Positions 38,976 to 51,000 of a DNA stretch of 64,000 nt are shown here, in pieces (the first letter of the stretch is position 1; the number at the start of each line of letters is the position of its first letter). A program made the position numbers and the translations under genes. The notes under the pieces are model-generated. The model was not told the DNA's origin. It worked only from the letters and a program-made list of their open reading frames with translations, and searched no databases. Origin of the DNA: Eledone cirrhosa (lineage: Eukaryota); assembly GCA_964016885.1 (NCBI GenBank), contig OZ024743.1, forward strand, positions 86,428,001-86,492,000, written 5' to 3'.

Positions 38976-41900
38976 GGAAAATTTGAACAGGAACAAAACA
39001 GAGAGGCAGTACAACGAATGTTTATTAATTTCACGCTCTGGAGAGTGGGGTGGTGGTGGGGAACGACGTTTCGGGCATAAGCCCTTCTTCAGATGAAAAG
39101 TGTGTGGGAAGAGAGTTCAAAGAGTGTGTAGGGGAGTGGTGGAGAGACATATAGCGAAAAGGGGGTGGGAGGAAACGGTGCGAATGAAATTAAAAATAAA
39201 AGCATGATCAAAATAAAATAAAATTAAAATGGGGTAAAACAGGTGGTGGAAGGATGTGGGGTGTGTAGGGGTGGTGGAGAGTGGAGTGGGGAGACGGGGT
39301 GTCCGAGCGGGGAGGGCTGAAGGTGGTGTGTGTGTGTAGGTGTACGTGTGTGTGTGTATGTGAAAGCAAGGGTTGGGGGAAGAACGGGGTTGCATGTTCA
39401 GGAAGAGGTGTGTGTGGGGTGGGGTGTGGGTCGGAGTGTGTGTGCGTCTGTGGATAGAGGGGTGGGGGGAGAGGAATCCGGAGGCTGAAGGTGTAAATAT
39501 GTGGTGGAAAGCACGTGTGTGGGGTTTAAGCGTGTTGTGGGTGTAGGTGGCGTGTGGGAAAACAAATTTTTTTTGGGTGTGTGTGTGAGTTATAAAGGTG
39601 ATTCCGTAAGAAGATGTGGTTGAAAGGTTGGTAAACTCCTAGGATGGTAGTTGATTCCGCGGTCAAGCTCCACATACGAGTAATCCATGGAGAGATGGTC
39701 GGAAGAGGAGAGATGTGGGGTGCGCGCGCAACAGGAAGTGGTCAAGGCGGTAGGAGTGCTGTGTGTGCTGGGAGGTGGTCAGAGGGCATAGCAGCAGACG
39801 GGTGGAATGGTAAAGGGGCGAGGATGGGTAGGTGTAAAAGTTGGAGTGAGGAGGGTGTGTGTGTGTATTAGTAGAGGTGTTAGTGGCATGAGTAAGTGTG
39901 GAGAAAGGGTGTGGGTGGAGCGGGGAGAGAAGGTTGTGGGGGTCGATGGAGAGAGTGTGGTGTACTGGTGTGTGTGTAGTTTGATGAAGGGGGTGTTAGT
40001 GGGTGTTAGTATACGGGAGGTGGAGAAAGGGTTGAATGCAGGTGTGAGTGGGGGTTAGTGGTGGTAGGGTGTGTAGAGTTGGTGGTGTACGAGGGTGTGG
40101 GTACGTGTGCGTGGGGTTGGGGGGTATTAGTGATGTTAGTTGTGTGTGGGGTGGGTGGGTAAGTGGGTGCGTGTGTTCGTGTGCTTGGGGTCAGGGGGTG
40201 TTAGTGATGTTAGTTGCGGGGTGGTGGGATGGATGTGTGGGGGTGAGGGTTAGTGGTGGTAGTAGGGTGTGTGTTTAGTGTGAGCGCGTGTATATATGTG
40301 CCGGTGGGTGTGTGCGTGTGATAAGGAGGGGGGGGGGGGTAGAAGAAGGGAGGGATGTTAGTATGTTAGTTGGGGAAGGGTGGTCGGATGAGGGGTGGAG
40401 TGGAGGTGTTAGTATTGTTAGTTGTGGGGTAGGCGGTGAAAAGGAGGGGTGTGTTAGTGGTGTTAGTGGGGGATATGTGTGGGGGAGGGGGGCGGCCGAA
40501 GGCTAAAGGAATAAGGGTGGGGAGTTCAGGCCGGGGGGAGTGTGGGTCTGTAAGATGAATATGGTTCTTTGTTCAACTCTGAGGAGATTGGCGGGTGTTC
40601 CGTGGCATTGGAGTAGGCCACAGACTGTGAGATGGCGTGCGGAATGTCCAGGGGCACCAAAGTGGCGGGCGATGGGGGAACTACCACCGAGACGAATATC
40701 CCGGAGGTGCTCAGTGAATCGGTCCGCCAGGCGACGTCCCGTCTGTCCGACGTAAGTCGCGCTGCACTCCGTGCAGCGAAGTCCGTAGACTAGGTTGGAG
40801 GAGGTGCATCGGAAGGCATGCCGGACCGAGAGAGAGTGGCCGTTGGGACCCTGGAAGGTGGTGGTGTTGGTGATGTGGGGACAGGTGTTGCAGCGGGGCC
40901 TAAAACAGGGAAAGAAACCGGGGGGGGGGGAGCGTGGGTTGGGGGGTAGGGAGCTGTGGACGAGGAGAGTGCGGAGATTGCGTGCGCGTTTGAAGGAGGG
41001 GAGTGGTGGGGTTGGGAAGATGTGGGAGGTGGAGGGGTCGGACTGGAGGCGGCGGATGGTGCTGTGGAGGAGTGGTAGGTGATGGGGAAGGGGAGACGGT
41101 GTGTGGTGGCGTGGGGTGAGGGTGGTGGAGCGGTGGACAGCACGGGCGCGGGTGAGAGCGGTGTGGACGAGAGAGGGGGGTAACCTCTGCGGATGAAATG
41201 GCTGACTAGGGAAAGGGCCTGGGACTCGAAGTCAGCATCTCAGCTACAGAGGCGGCGGATCCTGAGGAGTTGGGAGTAGGGAATAGAGTGTTTAGTGTGT
41301 GTGGGGTGGGAAGAGGTGAAGTCGAGGTAAGAGTGGGAGTCGGTTGTTTTGAAAAAGGCGGAGGTGACGAGGGAGTGGTGGGAGGGGTCGAAGGCGATAG
41401 AGATGTCTAAGAAGTGGACGCGGGTGGTGGAGATAGAGGTGGTGAAGTGGAGGGAGGGGTGGAAGGAGCAGAAGAAGGAGAGAAAGGAGTCGAGCTGTTC
41501 TCGGGTGAGGGTCGTGGCTCCGATACAGTCGTCGATGTAACGACCGTACAGTTCGGGCGTGGGGCCGGTGTACTGGGCAAAGATTTGGGCCTCAACATGG
41601 CCAACGAAAAGGTTGGCATAGTTCGGGCCCTTTCTTGTACCCATGGCTACCCCCGTGACCTGTTGGTAAAACTCACCCGAGAAGGAGAAACAATTGAGGG
41701 TGAGGACCAGCTCGGCGAGCCGAAGGAGGGTGGGGTAGAGGGAATGGGGGAGGGGCGAAGGTCGAGGTAGTGTTTGAGGGCGCGTAGGCCGTCGGCGTGG
41801 GGGATGACGGTATAGAGGGACTTGATGTCTAGGGTGAAGAGGAAGGGCTGTGGGCCGGGTGGGTAGGTGAAGGAGTCGAAAAGGCGCAGGGCGTGGTTGG

Positions 41901-43600
41901 TGTCGGAGATGTGGGAGGGGAGGGTGGTGACAAGGGGGGCGAGGATGGAGTCGAGAAAGGTGGAGATGAGTTCGGTGAGGCAGTTGCAAGCGGAGACGTT
42001 GGGGCGACCGGGGTTGTCGGGTTTGTGGAGTTTGGGGAGGAAGTAGATGGTGGGGGTGCGGGGGGTGCGGACGATGAGGTGGGAAGCGGTGGGGGAGGAG
42101 GGAGGAGGAGACAAGGTGTTGGATGGTGGAGGAAACTTGTTGTTGGTAGAGGGGTGTGGGATCGGAGGGTAGAGGGCGGTAGAAGAGGGGGTTACAGAGC
42201 TACCTGAGGGCTTCGGCCGTGTAGAGGTCCGCGCGTCACACCACCACAGCGCCTCCCTTGTCCGCCGGTTTGATGACGATATCATCTCGGCTACGGAGGG
42301 AGCGGAGAGCGAGGAGTTCGCCCCGTGAGATATTATTCCGTTTGGAACGGTGGCGGAAGTCGAAACGATTTACGGCGCTACGGCTGGCATCGACGAACGC
42401 GTCCAGGGTGCTAAATTGCCCTGGGGCCGGCGTCCAAGAAGATGGTCGTCGGCCCAGGGCGAGAAACGGGTCTGGGGCGTCCGGAGCCGGTGGCGTTCGG
42501 CTGAAATGTGCCTGTAGCTTCGTGCATCGCACGAATCGCTCGACTTCCGTTCGGGTGCGGAACTCGTCGCTGTGCGGAGTGTGGGGTATGAAGCGAAGGC
42601 CTCTACTAAGGAGTGAGCGCTCAGGTGCGGAGAGGGGGAGGTCAGGGGGTATGGTGACAACAAGTGGTGGGGTTTGGGTGTGTGGGGGGAAGGGAGGGTG
42701 TGGTGAGGTGGAGGGTGGAGATTGGGTAGGGGTGTGGGTCGAGGGAGGGGTGGAGAGTGGTGGGCTCATGGGGATGGGCGGGTGGTGGTGGATGGGGGTG
42801 GTTGGGAGGAGTGAGTGTAGCTTGCGGGCTTTGGTGGAGCTGAGGAAGGAGAAGAGGTTGTGGTTGAGGTTTTGGATGAAGGAGAGGGTGGCTTGGGCGA
42901 GGAGGGGGTGGCAGGTGGACTTAAGGCGGAGGAGGGGGTGGCAGGTGGACTTAAGGCGGAGGAGGGTGGGGGTCAGTTGGTGGTCAAGTTGGCGGAGGGT
43001 GGAACGGGAGGCGCGGATGGAGTTGCGCATCTGGAGGCATGAGGATCGGGTGAGGATACGTTGCGTGGAGGGGGAAGGGTGGAAGTGTAGACGGAAGCCG
43101 GGGGGGATAAGGTGGAGGCGGAGCCAGTGGCTGAGGAAATGTATGTGGCTGGAGTGCCGGGTTTTGGCGAAGAGAAGGTAGGAGAGTTGAAGGGCGGAGG
43201 GGAGATAGCAGGGGAGGGGGGGGTAGTTTGAGGCTAGTATGTAGTTGTTGGAGACAGGATCTCTGGCTGGGCATGGTGGGCGTTGGGTGAAAGCATGGGG
43301 AGGGATGAGAAAGCAGGTGTGTGAAGCGGGGTGGAGTGAACGAAGGAGTGCGTGCGAAGGATAGGCAGAGACGGGGAAGGGAAAATGAAACAGAAAAACG
43401 TAAGGAGTGGAGAGTATACACAGGAAAATTAAAGACAAAAAAATCATAAAGGTAAAAACACAGGCAATCGTGAACAAAAAATCATAGAAATAAAATCGTA
43501 AGAACACAGGCAAAAAATCATATACGGAAATAAACAAGTACAGTAACAAAATCAAACAAAGGTAATGCGTGCAAGGAAAGACCAAGTGTGGGAAGGTGTG
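38975..43600 (-). mobile_element. Near full-length GC-rich Penelope-like element (Neptune-type), frameshifted
   Basis: LLSRGLRFIP, IVIKPADKGGAVVV, YFLPKLHK, LDIKSLYTVIPH, GVAMGT, RYIDD, FLDISI, CTSSNLVYGLRCTECSATYVGQTGRRLADRFTEH; stop ~40504; long 3' UTR. Confidence 0.93.
39065..39092 (-). ncRNA. Hammerhead core at the PLE 3' end
   Basis: CTGAAGA-A-GGGC TTAT GCCC-GAAAC GTC; stem I poorly paired. Confidence 0.75.
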
Positions 43601-43971
43601 TAACTAACATTACAAATTGCTCACAAATCTTTCAGAGTAACATTACAAATATGTCGTTGATAAACACAAATCTATATTAATAAAGCTGACTACATTACTG
43701 GTACTTTATTATATATAATTGTTTCTACTTTAGGCACAAGGCCAGCAATCACCCAGTGCATTACTGGTACTTTATTTTATCGACCCCGTAAGGATGAAAG
43801 GCAAAGTCAACCGCTAGCAGAATAGCCCGGCGTTGCTCGGGATTTGCTCTAGGGTTCTTATATATTTGATATATATTTATCCTTATCGAGCCTCGTGAAA
43901 TAAATACTTTTGTTTATATTTTGTTATTGTGTATGCAAAAATATCTGTACACGAATATATAATATATAATT

Positions 43972-44054
<83 letters not shown>

Positions 44055-44096
44055 TATATATATATAGATTATATATATATATATAGAGAGAGAGAG

Positions 44097-44187
<91 letters not shown>

Positions 44188-44225
44188 AAACGAAGCATCA
44201 GTGATGCATCGGAATACAATTTATT

Positions 44226-44318
44226 ACGTATTACAATTGTTTCTCCAGCGAACAGCTCGAGGTGCGATCTGTTTGTGGATCGAATCTGACTCTGGATTCG
44301 CAAGTTTCTCAGATACGT
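44226..44318 (-). ncRNA. Degenerate hammerhead
   Basis: acgtat-CTGAGAA-branched stem II-GAAAC AATT GTA-atacgt; core non-canonical. Confidence 0.5.
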
Positions 44319-44879
44319 CTAGTGATTTCGAAGCAAATTCTCTTTCTGTTGGACTCCGACCCTTCGAATTTCTATCATCTGCCATCATCCTGTTTGCGCG
44401 GCACTTTGATTGGTTGATAGTTCCCGACGTCATCTTTGTGCTTGACCATTGAAATCTGCTCACTGACCATTTCCATTCAGGCGTGAGCTGTCACTCACCC
44501 CAATGCCGTCCCAGAAATTACTGCTATGTGTAGTATCATAACACCTAACTACACATAGCATCGCGGGTGCCTTGGGAACATAATCCTCGCGAATACCGGG
44601 GGACAGCTGTACATATACACCAGTACCGAACAGAAAAGAACCAAACTCCCACTGTCACTGCTTCCGTCTCCCCAGTTCTCCCCACCTCTCACTATTATGA
44701 GCAAATGTGAGCCCACGCACTGGCCGCCCTGCAACCCCGGCGGACAAAACAGAGAAGGCATTTCCCTGCAGGATGGTGAGGGAGACGCACTGGAAGAGCC
44801 ATTCCAGCTCGGAGGAAATAATAGAAAAAAAAAAAAAATGAAACTGGTGAAAACTAGAATCAGTGGTATTACAGTGTAA

Positions 44880-45000
44880 CTGATAGACTCTCTGAACTCC
44901 GAGCTACACACTCTATTGAGTAACGTTACTCCAAAGACCCTTCGATTGAACCCCATTTCGGCCGCTTGTATTCGGCGGCGGCGAGGAGGAAGAGCATTTA
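44880..45000 (-). mobile_element. Short RTE C-terminal fragment
   Basis: RIQAAEMGFNRRVFGVTLLNRVCSSEFRE. Confidence 0.55.
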
Positions 45001-45089
45001 ACAAAAGCAGTTGGTCAAATAATTCGCTAAGAAATTAATAGAAATCAAGAGAAATGAAACTGGTGTTAACTAAAATCAATGGTGATAGA

Positions 45090-48000
45090 ATCTATCAGAT
45101 AGAATGTACCAGATAGAGTGAACCAGATAGAGAGTAACTGGTAGAATGTACCTGATAGAATGTACCAGATAGAGTTAAATTGGTAGTGTGTACCAGATGG
45201 AGTGTAACTGGTAGAGTGTAGCAGATATAGTGGAACTGGTAGAGTGTAGCAGGTAGAGTATACCAGATAGAGTGTAGCAGATTGAGTGTAACCGGTAGAG
45301 TATAGCAGATAGAGTGTACAAATTAGAGTATAACAGATAGAGTGTACCAGATAGAGTGTAACAGATAGTGTACCAGATAGAGTGTAACAGATAGTGTGTA
45401 CCAGATAGTGTAACAGATAGAGTGTAGCAGATAGTGTGTACCAGATAGTGTGTAACAGATAGAGTGTAGCAGATAGTGTAACAGATAGTGTACCAGATAG
45501 AGTGTAACAGATAGAGTATAGCAGATAGTGTGTACCAGATAGAGTGTAGCAGATAGTGTACCAGATAGAGTGTAACAGATAGAGTGTAGCAGATAGAGTG
45601 TACCAGATAGTGTAACAGATAGAGTGTAACAGATAGAATGCAGCAGATAGAGTGTAGCAGATAGAGTGTACCAGATAGAGTGTACCAGATAGTGTAACAG
45701 ATAGAGTGTAGCAAATAGTGTGTAACAGATAGATTGTAACAGACAGAGTGTAGCAGATAGTGTGTAGCAGATAGTGTGTAACAGATAGAGTGTAACAGAT
45801 AGAGTGTAGCAGATAGAGTGTAACAGATAGAGTGTACCAGATAGAGTGTAGCAGATAGAGTGTAACAGATAGAGTGTACCAGATAGAGTATAGCAGATAG
45901 AGTGTAACAGATAGAGTATAGGAGATAGAGTGTAGCAGATAGAGTGTAACAGATAGAGTGTAGCAGATAGAGTGTAACAGATAGAGTATAGCAGATAGAG
46001 TATAACAGATAGAGTGTAACAGATAGAGTGTAGCGGATAAAGTGTAACAGATAGAGTGTAACAGATAGAGTATAACAGATAGAGTGTAGCAGATAGAGTG
46101 TAACAGATAGGGTGTAGCAGGTAGAGTGTAACAGATAGAGTGTAACAGATAGAGTGTAACAGATAGAGTGTAACAGATAGAGTGTAACAGATAGAGTGTA
46201 ACAGATAGAGTCTAGCAGATAGAGTGTAGCAGATAGAGTGTAACAGATAGAGTGTAGCAGGTAGAGTGTAGCAGATAGAGTGTAACAGATAGAGTGTAAC
46301 AGATAGAGTGTAACAGATAGAGTGTAACAGATAGAGTGTAGCACTTAGAGTGTAGCAGATAGTGCGTAACAGATAGAGTGTAGCAGATAGAGTGTAACAG
46401 ATAGAGTGTAACAGATAGAGTGTAACAGATAGAGTATAACAGATAGAGTGTAGCAGATAGAGTATAGCAGATAGAGTGTAACAGATAGAGAGTAACAGAT
46501 AGAGAGTAACAGATACAGTGTAACAGATAGAGTGTAACAGATAGAGTGTAGCAGATAGAGTGTAACAGATAGAGTGTAGCAGATAGAGTGTAGCAGATAG
46601 AGTGTAACAGATAGAGTGTAACAGATAGAGTGTAACAGATAGTGTGTAACAGATAGAGTATAGCAGATAGAGTGTAACAGATAGAGTGTAACAGATAGAG
46701 TATAGCAGATAGAGTGTAACAGATAGAGTGTAGCAGATAGAGTGTAGCAGATAGAGCGTAACAGATAGAGTGTAGCAGATAGAGTGTAACAGATATAGGG
46801 TAACAGATAGAGTATAGCAGATAGAGTGTAACAGATAGAGTGTAGCAGATAGAGTGTAACAGATAGAGTGTAACAGATAGAGTGTAACAGATAGAGTGTA
46901 ACAGATAGAGTGTAACAGATAGTGTGTAACAGATAGAGTATAGCAGATAGAGTGTAACAGATAAAGTGTAACAGATAGAGTATAGCAGATAGAGTGTAAC
47001 AGATAGAGTGTAGCAGATAGAGCGTAACAGATAGAGTGTAGCAGATAGAGTGTAACAGATATAGTGTAACAGATAGAGTATAGCAGATAGAGTGTAACAG
47101 ATAGAGTGTAGCAGATAGAGTGTAACAGATAGAGTGTAGCAGATAGAGTGTAACAGATAGAGTATAGCAGATAGAGTGTAACAGATAGGGTGTACCAGAT
47201 AGAGTGTACCAGATAGAGTGTAACAGATAGAGTGTAACAGATAGAGTGTAAAATATAGAGTATAGCGGATAGAGTGTAACAGATGGAGTGTAACAGATAG
47301 AGAGTAACAGATACAGTGTAACAGATAGAGTGTAACAGATAGAGTGTAGCAGATAGAGGATAACAGATAGAGTGTAGCAGATAGAGTGTACCAGATAGAG
47401 TGTTACAGATAGAGTGTAACAGATAGAGTGTAACAGATAGTGTGTAACAGATAGAGTGTAGCAGATAGAGTATAGCAGATAGAGTGTAACAGATAGAGTG
47501 TAACAGATAGAGTGTAACAGATAGAGTGTAACAGATGGAGTGTAACAGATAGAGTATAGCAGATAGAGTGTAACAGATAGAGAGTAACAGATAGAGAGTA
47601 ACAGATACAGTGTAACAGATAGAGTGTAGCAGATAGAGGATAACAGATAGAGTGTACCAGATAGAGTGTAACAGATAGAGTGCAACAGATAGAGTGCAAC
47701 AGATAGAGTGTAACAGATGGAGTGTAGCAGATAGAGTATAGCAGATAGAGTGTAACAGATAGAGTGTAACAGATAGAGTGTAACAGATAGAGTGTAACAG
47801 ATACAGAGTAACAGATAGAGTGTAGCAGATAGAGTGTAATAGATAGAGTGTAACAGATAGAGTGTAGCAGATAGAGTATAGCAGATAGAGTGTAGCAGAT
47901 AGAGTGTAACAGATAGAGTGTACCAGATAGAGTGTAACAGATAGAGTGTAACAGATAGAGTGTACCAGATAGAGTATAGCAGATAGAGAGTAACAGATAG

Positions 48001-51000
48001 AGAGTAACAGATAGAGTGTAGCAGATAGAGTGTAAGAGATAGTGTGTAACAGATAGAGTGTAGCAGATAGAGTATAGCAGATAGAGTGTAACAGATAGAG
48101 TGTAACATATAGAGTGTAACAGATAGAGAGTAACAGCTAGCGTGTAACAGATAGAGTGTAGCAGATAGAGTGTAGCAGATAGAGTGTAATAGATATAGTG
48201 TAGCAGATAGAGTGTAACAGATAGAGTGTAACAGATAGAGTGTAACAGATAGAGTGTAATAGATAGAGTGTAACAGATAGAGTGTACCAGATAGAGTGTA
48301 ACAGATAGAGTGTACCAGATAGAGTGTAGCAGATAGAGTGTAACAGATAGAGTGTAACAGATAGAGTGTAGCAGATAGAGTGTAAGAGATAGTGTGTAAC
48401 AGATAGAGTGTAGCAGATAAAGTATAGCAGATAGAGTGTAACAGATAGAGTGTAACATATAGAGTGTAACAGATAGAGAGTAACAGCTAGCGTGTAACAG
48501 ATAGTGTGTAGCAGATAGAGTGTAGCAGATAGAGTGTAATAGATAGAGTGTAATAGATATAGTGTAGCAGATAGAGTGTAACAGATAGAGTGTAACAGAT
48601 AGAGTGTAATAGATAGAGTGTAACAGATAGAGTGTACCAGATAGAGTGTAACAGATAGAGTGTACCAGATAGAGTGTAGCAGATAGAATGTAGCAGATAG
48701 AGTATAACAGATAGAGTGTACCAGATAGAGTGTAAGAGATAGTGTGTAACAGATAGAGTGTAGCAGATAGAGTATAGCAGATAGAGTGTAATAGATAGAG
48801 TGTAATAGATATAGTGTAGCAGATAGAGTGTAACAGATAGAGTGTAACAGATAGAGTGTAACAGATAGAGTGTAATAGATAGAGTGTAACAGATAGAGTG
48901 TACCAGATAGAGTGTAACAGATAGAGTGTACCAGATAGAGTGTAACAGATAGAGTGTAGCAGATAGAGTGTAGCAGATAGAGCGTAACAGATAGAGTGTA
49001 GCAGATAGAGTGTAACAGATATAGGGTAACAGATAGAGTATAGCAGATAGAGTGTAACAGATAGAGTGTAGCAGATAGAGTGTAACAGATAGAGTGTAAC
49101 AGATAGAGTGTAACAGATAGAGTGTAACAGATAGAGTGTAACAGATAGTGTGTAACAGATAGAGTATAGCAGATAGAGTGTAACAGATAAAGTGTAACAG
49201 ATAGAGTATAGCAGATAGAGTGTAACAGATAGAGTGTAGCAGATAGAGCGTAACAGATAGAGTGTAGCAGATAGAGTGTAACAGATATAGTGTAACAGAT
49301 AGAGTATAGCAGATAGAGTGTAACAGATAGAGTGTAGCAGATAGAGTGTAACAGATAGAGTGTAGCAGATAGAGTGTAACAGATAGAGTATAGCAGATAG
49401 AGTGTAACAGATAGGGTGTACCAGATAGAGTGTACCAGATAGAGTGTAACAGATAGAGTGTAACAGATAGAGTGTAAAATATAGAGTATAGCGGATAGAG
49501 TGTAACAGATGGAGTGTAACAGATAGAGAGTAACAGATACAGTGTAACAGATAGAGTGTAACAGATAGAGTGTAGCAGATAGAGGATAACAGATAGAGTG
49601 TAGCAGATAGAGTGTACCAGATAGAGTGTTACAGATAGAGTGTAACAGATAGAGTGTAACAGATAGTGTGTAACAGATAGAGTGTAGCAGATAGAGTATA
49701 GCAGATAGAGTGTAACAGATAGAGTGTAACAGATAGAGTGTAACAGATAGAGTGTAACAGATGGAGTGTAACAGATAGAGTATAGCAGATAGAGTGTAAC
49801 AGATAGAGAGTAACAGATAGAGAGTAACAGATACAGTGTAACAGATAGAGTGTAGCAGATAGAGGATAACAGATAGAGTGTACCAGATAGAGTGTAACAG
49901 ATAGAGTGCAACAGATAGAGTGCAACAGATAGAGTGTAACAGATGGAGTGTAGCAGATAGAGTATAGCAGATAGAGTGTAACAGATAGAGTGTAACAGAT
50001 AGAGTGTAACAGATAGAGTGTAACAGATACAGAGTAACAGATAGAGTGTAGCAGATAGAGTGTAATAGATAGAGTGTAACAGATAGAGTGTAGCAGATAG
50101 AGTATAGCAGATAGAGTGTAGCAGATAGAGTGTAACAGATAGAGTGTACCAGATAGAGTGTAACAGATAGAGTGTAACAGATAGAGTGTACCAGATAGAG
50201 TATAGCAGATAGAGAGTAACAGATAGAGAGTAACAGATAGAGTGTAGCAGATAGAGTGTAAGAGATAGTGTGTAACAGATAGAGTGTAGCAGATAGAGTA
50301 TAGCAGATAGAGTGTAACAGATAGAGTGTAACATATAGAGTGTAACAGATAGAGAGTAACAGCTAGCGTGTAACAGATAGAGTGTAGCAGATAGAGTGTA
50401 GCAGATAGAGTGTAATAGATATAGTGTAGCAGATAGAGTGTAACAGATAGAGTGTAACAGATAGAGTGTAACAGATAGAGTGTAATAGATAGAGTGTAAC
50501 AGATAGAGTGTACCAGATAGAGTGTAACAGATAGAGTGTACCAGATAGAGTGTAGCAGATAGAGTGTAACAGATAGAGTGTAACAGATAGAGTGTAGCAG
50601 ATAGAGTGTAAGAGATAGTGTGTAACAGATAGAGTGTAGCAGATAAAGTATAGCAGATAGAGTGTAACAGATAGAGTGTAACATATAGAGTGTAACAGAT
50701 AGAGAGTAACAGCTAGCGTGTAACAGATAGTGTGTAGCAGATAGAGTGTAGCAGATAGAGTGTAATAGATAGAGTGTAATAGATATAGTGTAGCAGATAG
50801 AGTGTAACAGATAGAGTGTAACAGATAGAGTGTAATAGATAGAGTGTAACAGATAGAGTGTACCAGATAGAGTGTAACAGATAGAGTGTACCAGATAGAG
50901 TGTAGCAGATAGAATGTAGCAGATAGAGTATAACAGATAGAGTGTACCAGATAGAGTGTAAGAGATAGTGTGTAACAGATAGAGTGTAGCAGATAGAGTA

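Noticed and set aside
39644-43181. Plus-strand G-rich ORFs
   Set aside because: Antisense shadows of the GC-rich PLE and its low-complexity UTR
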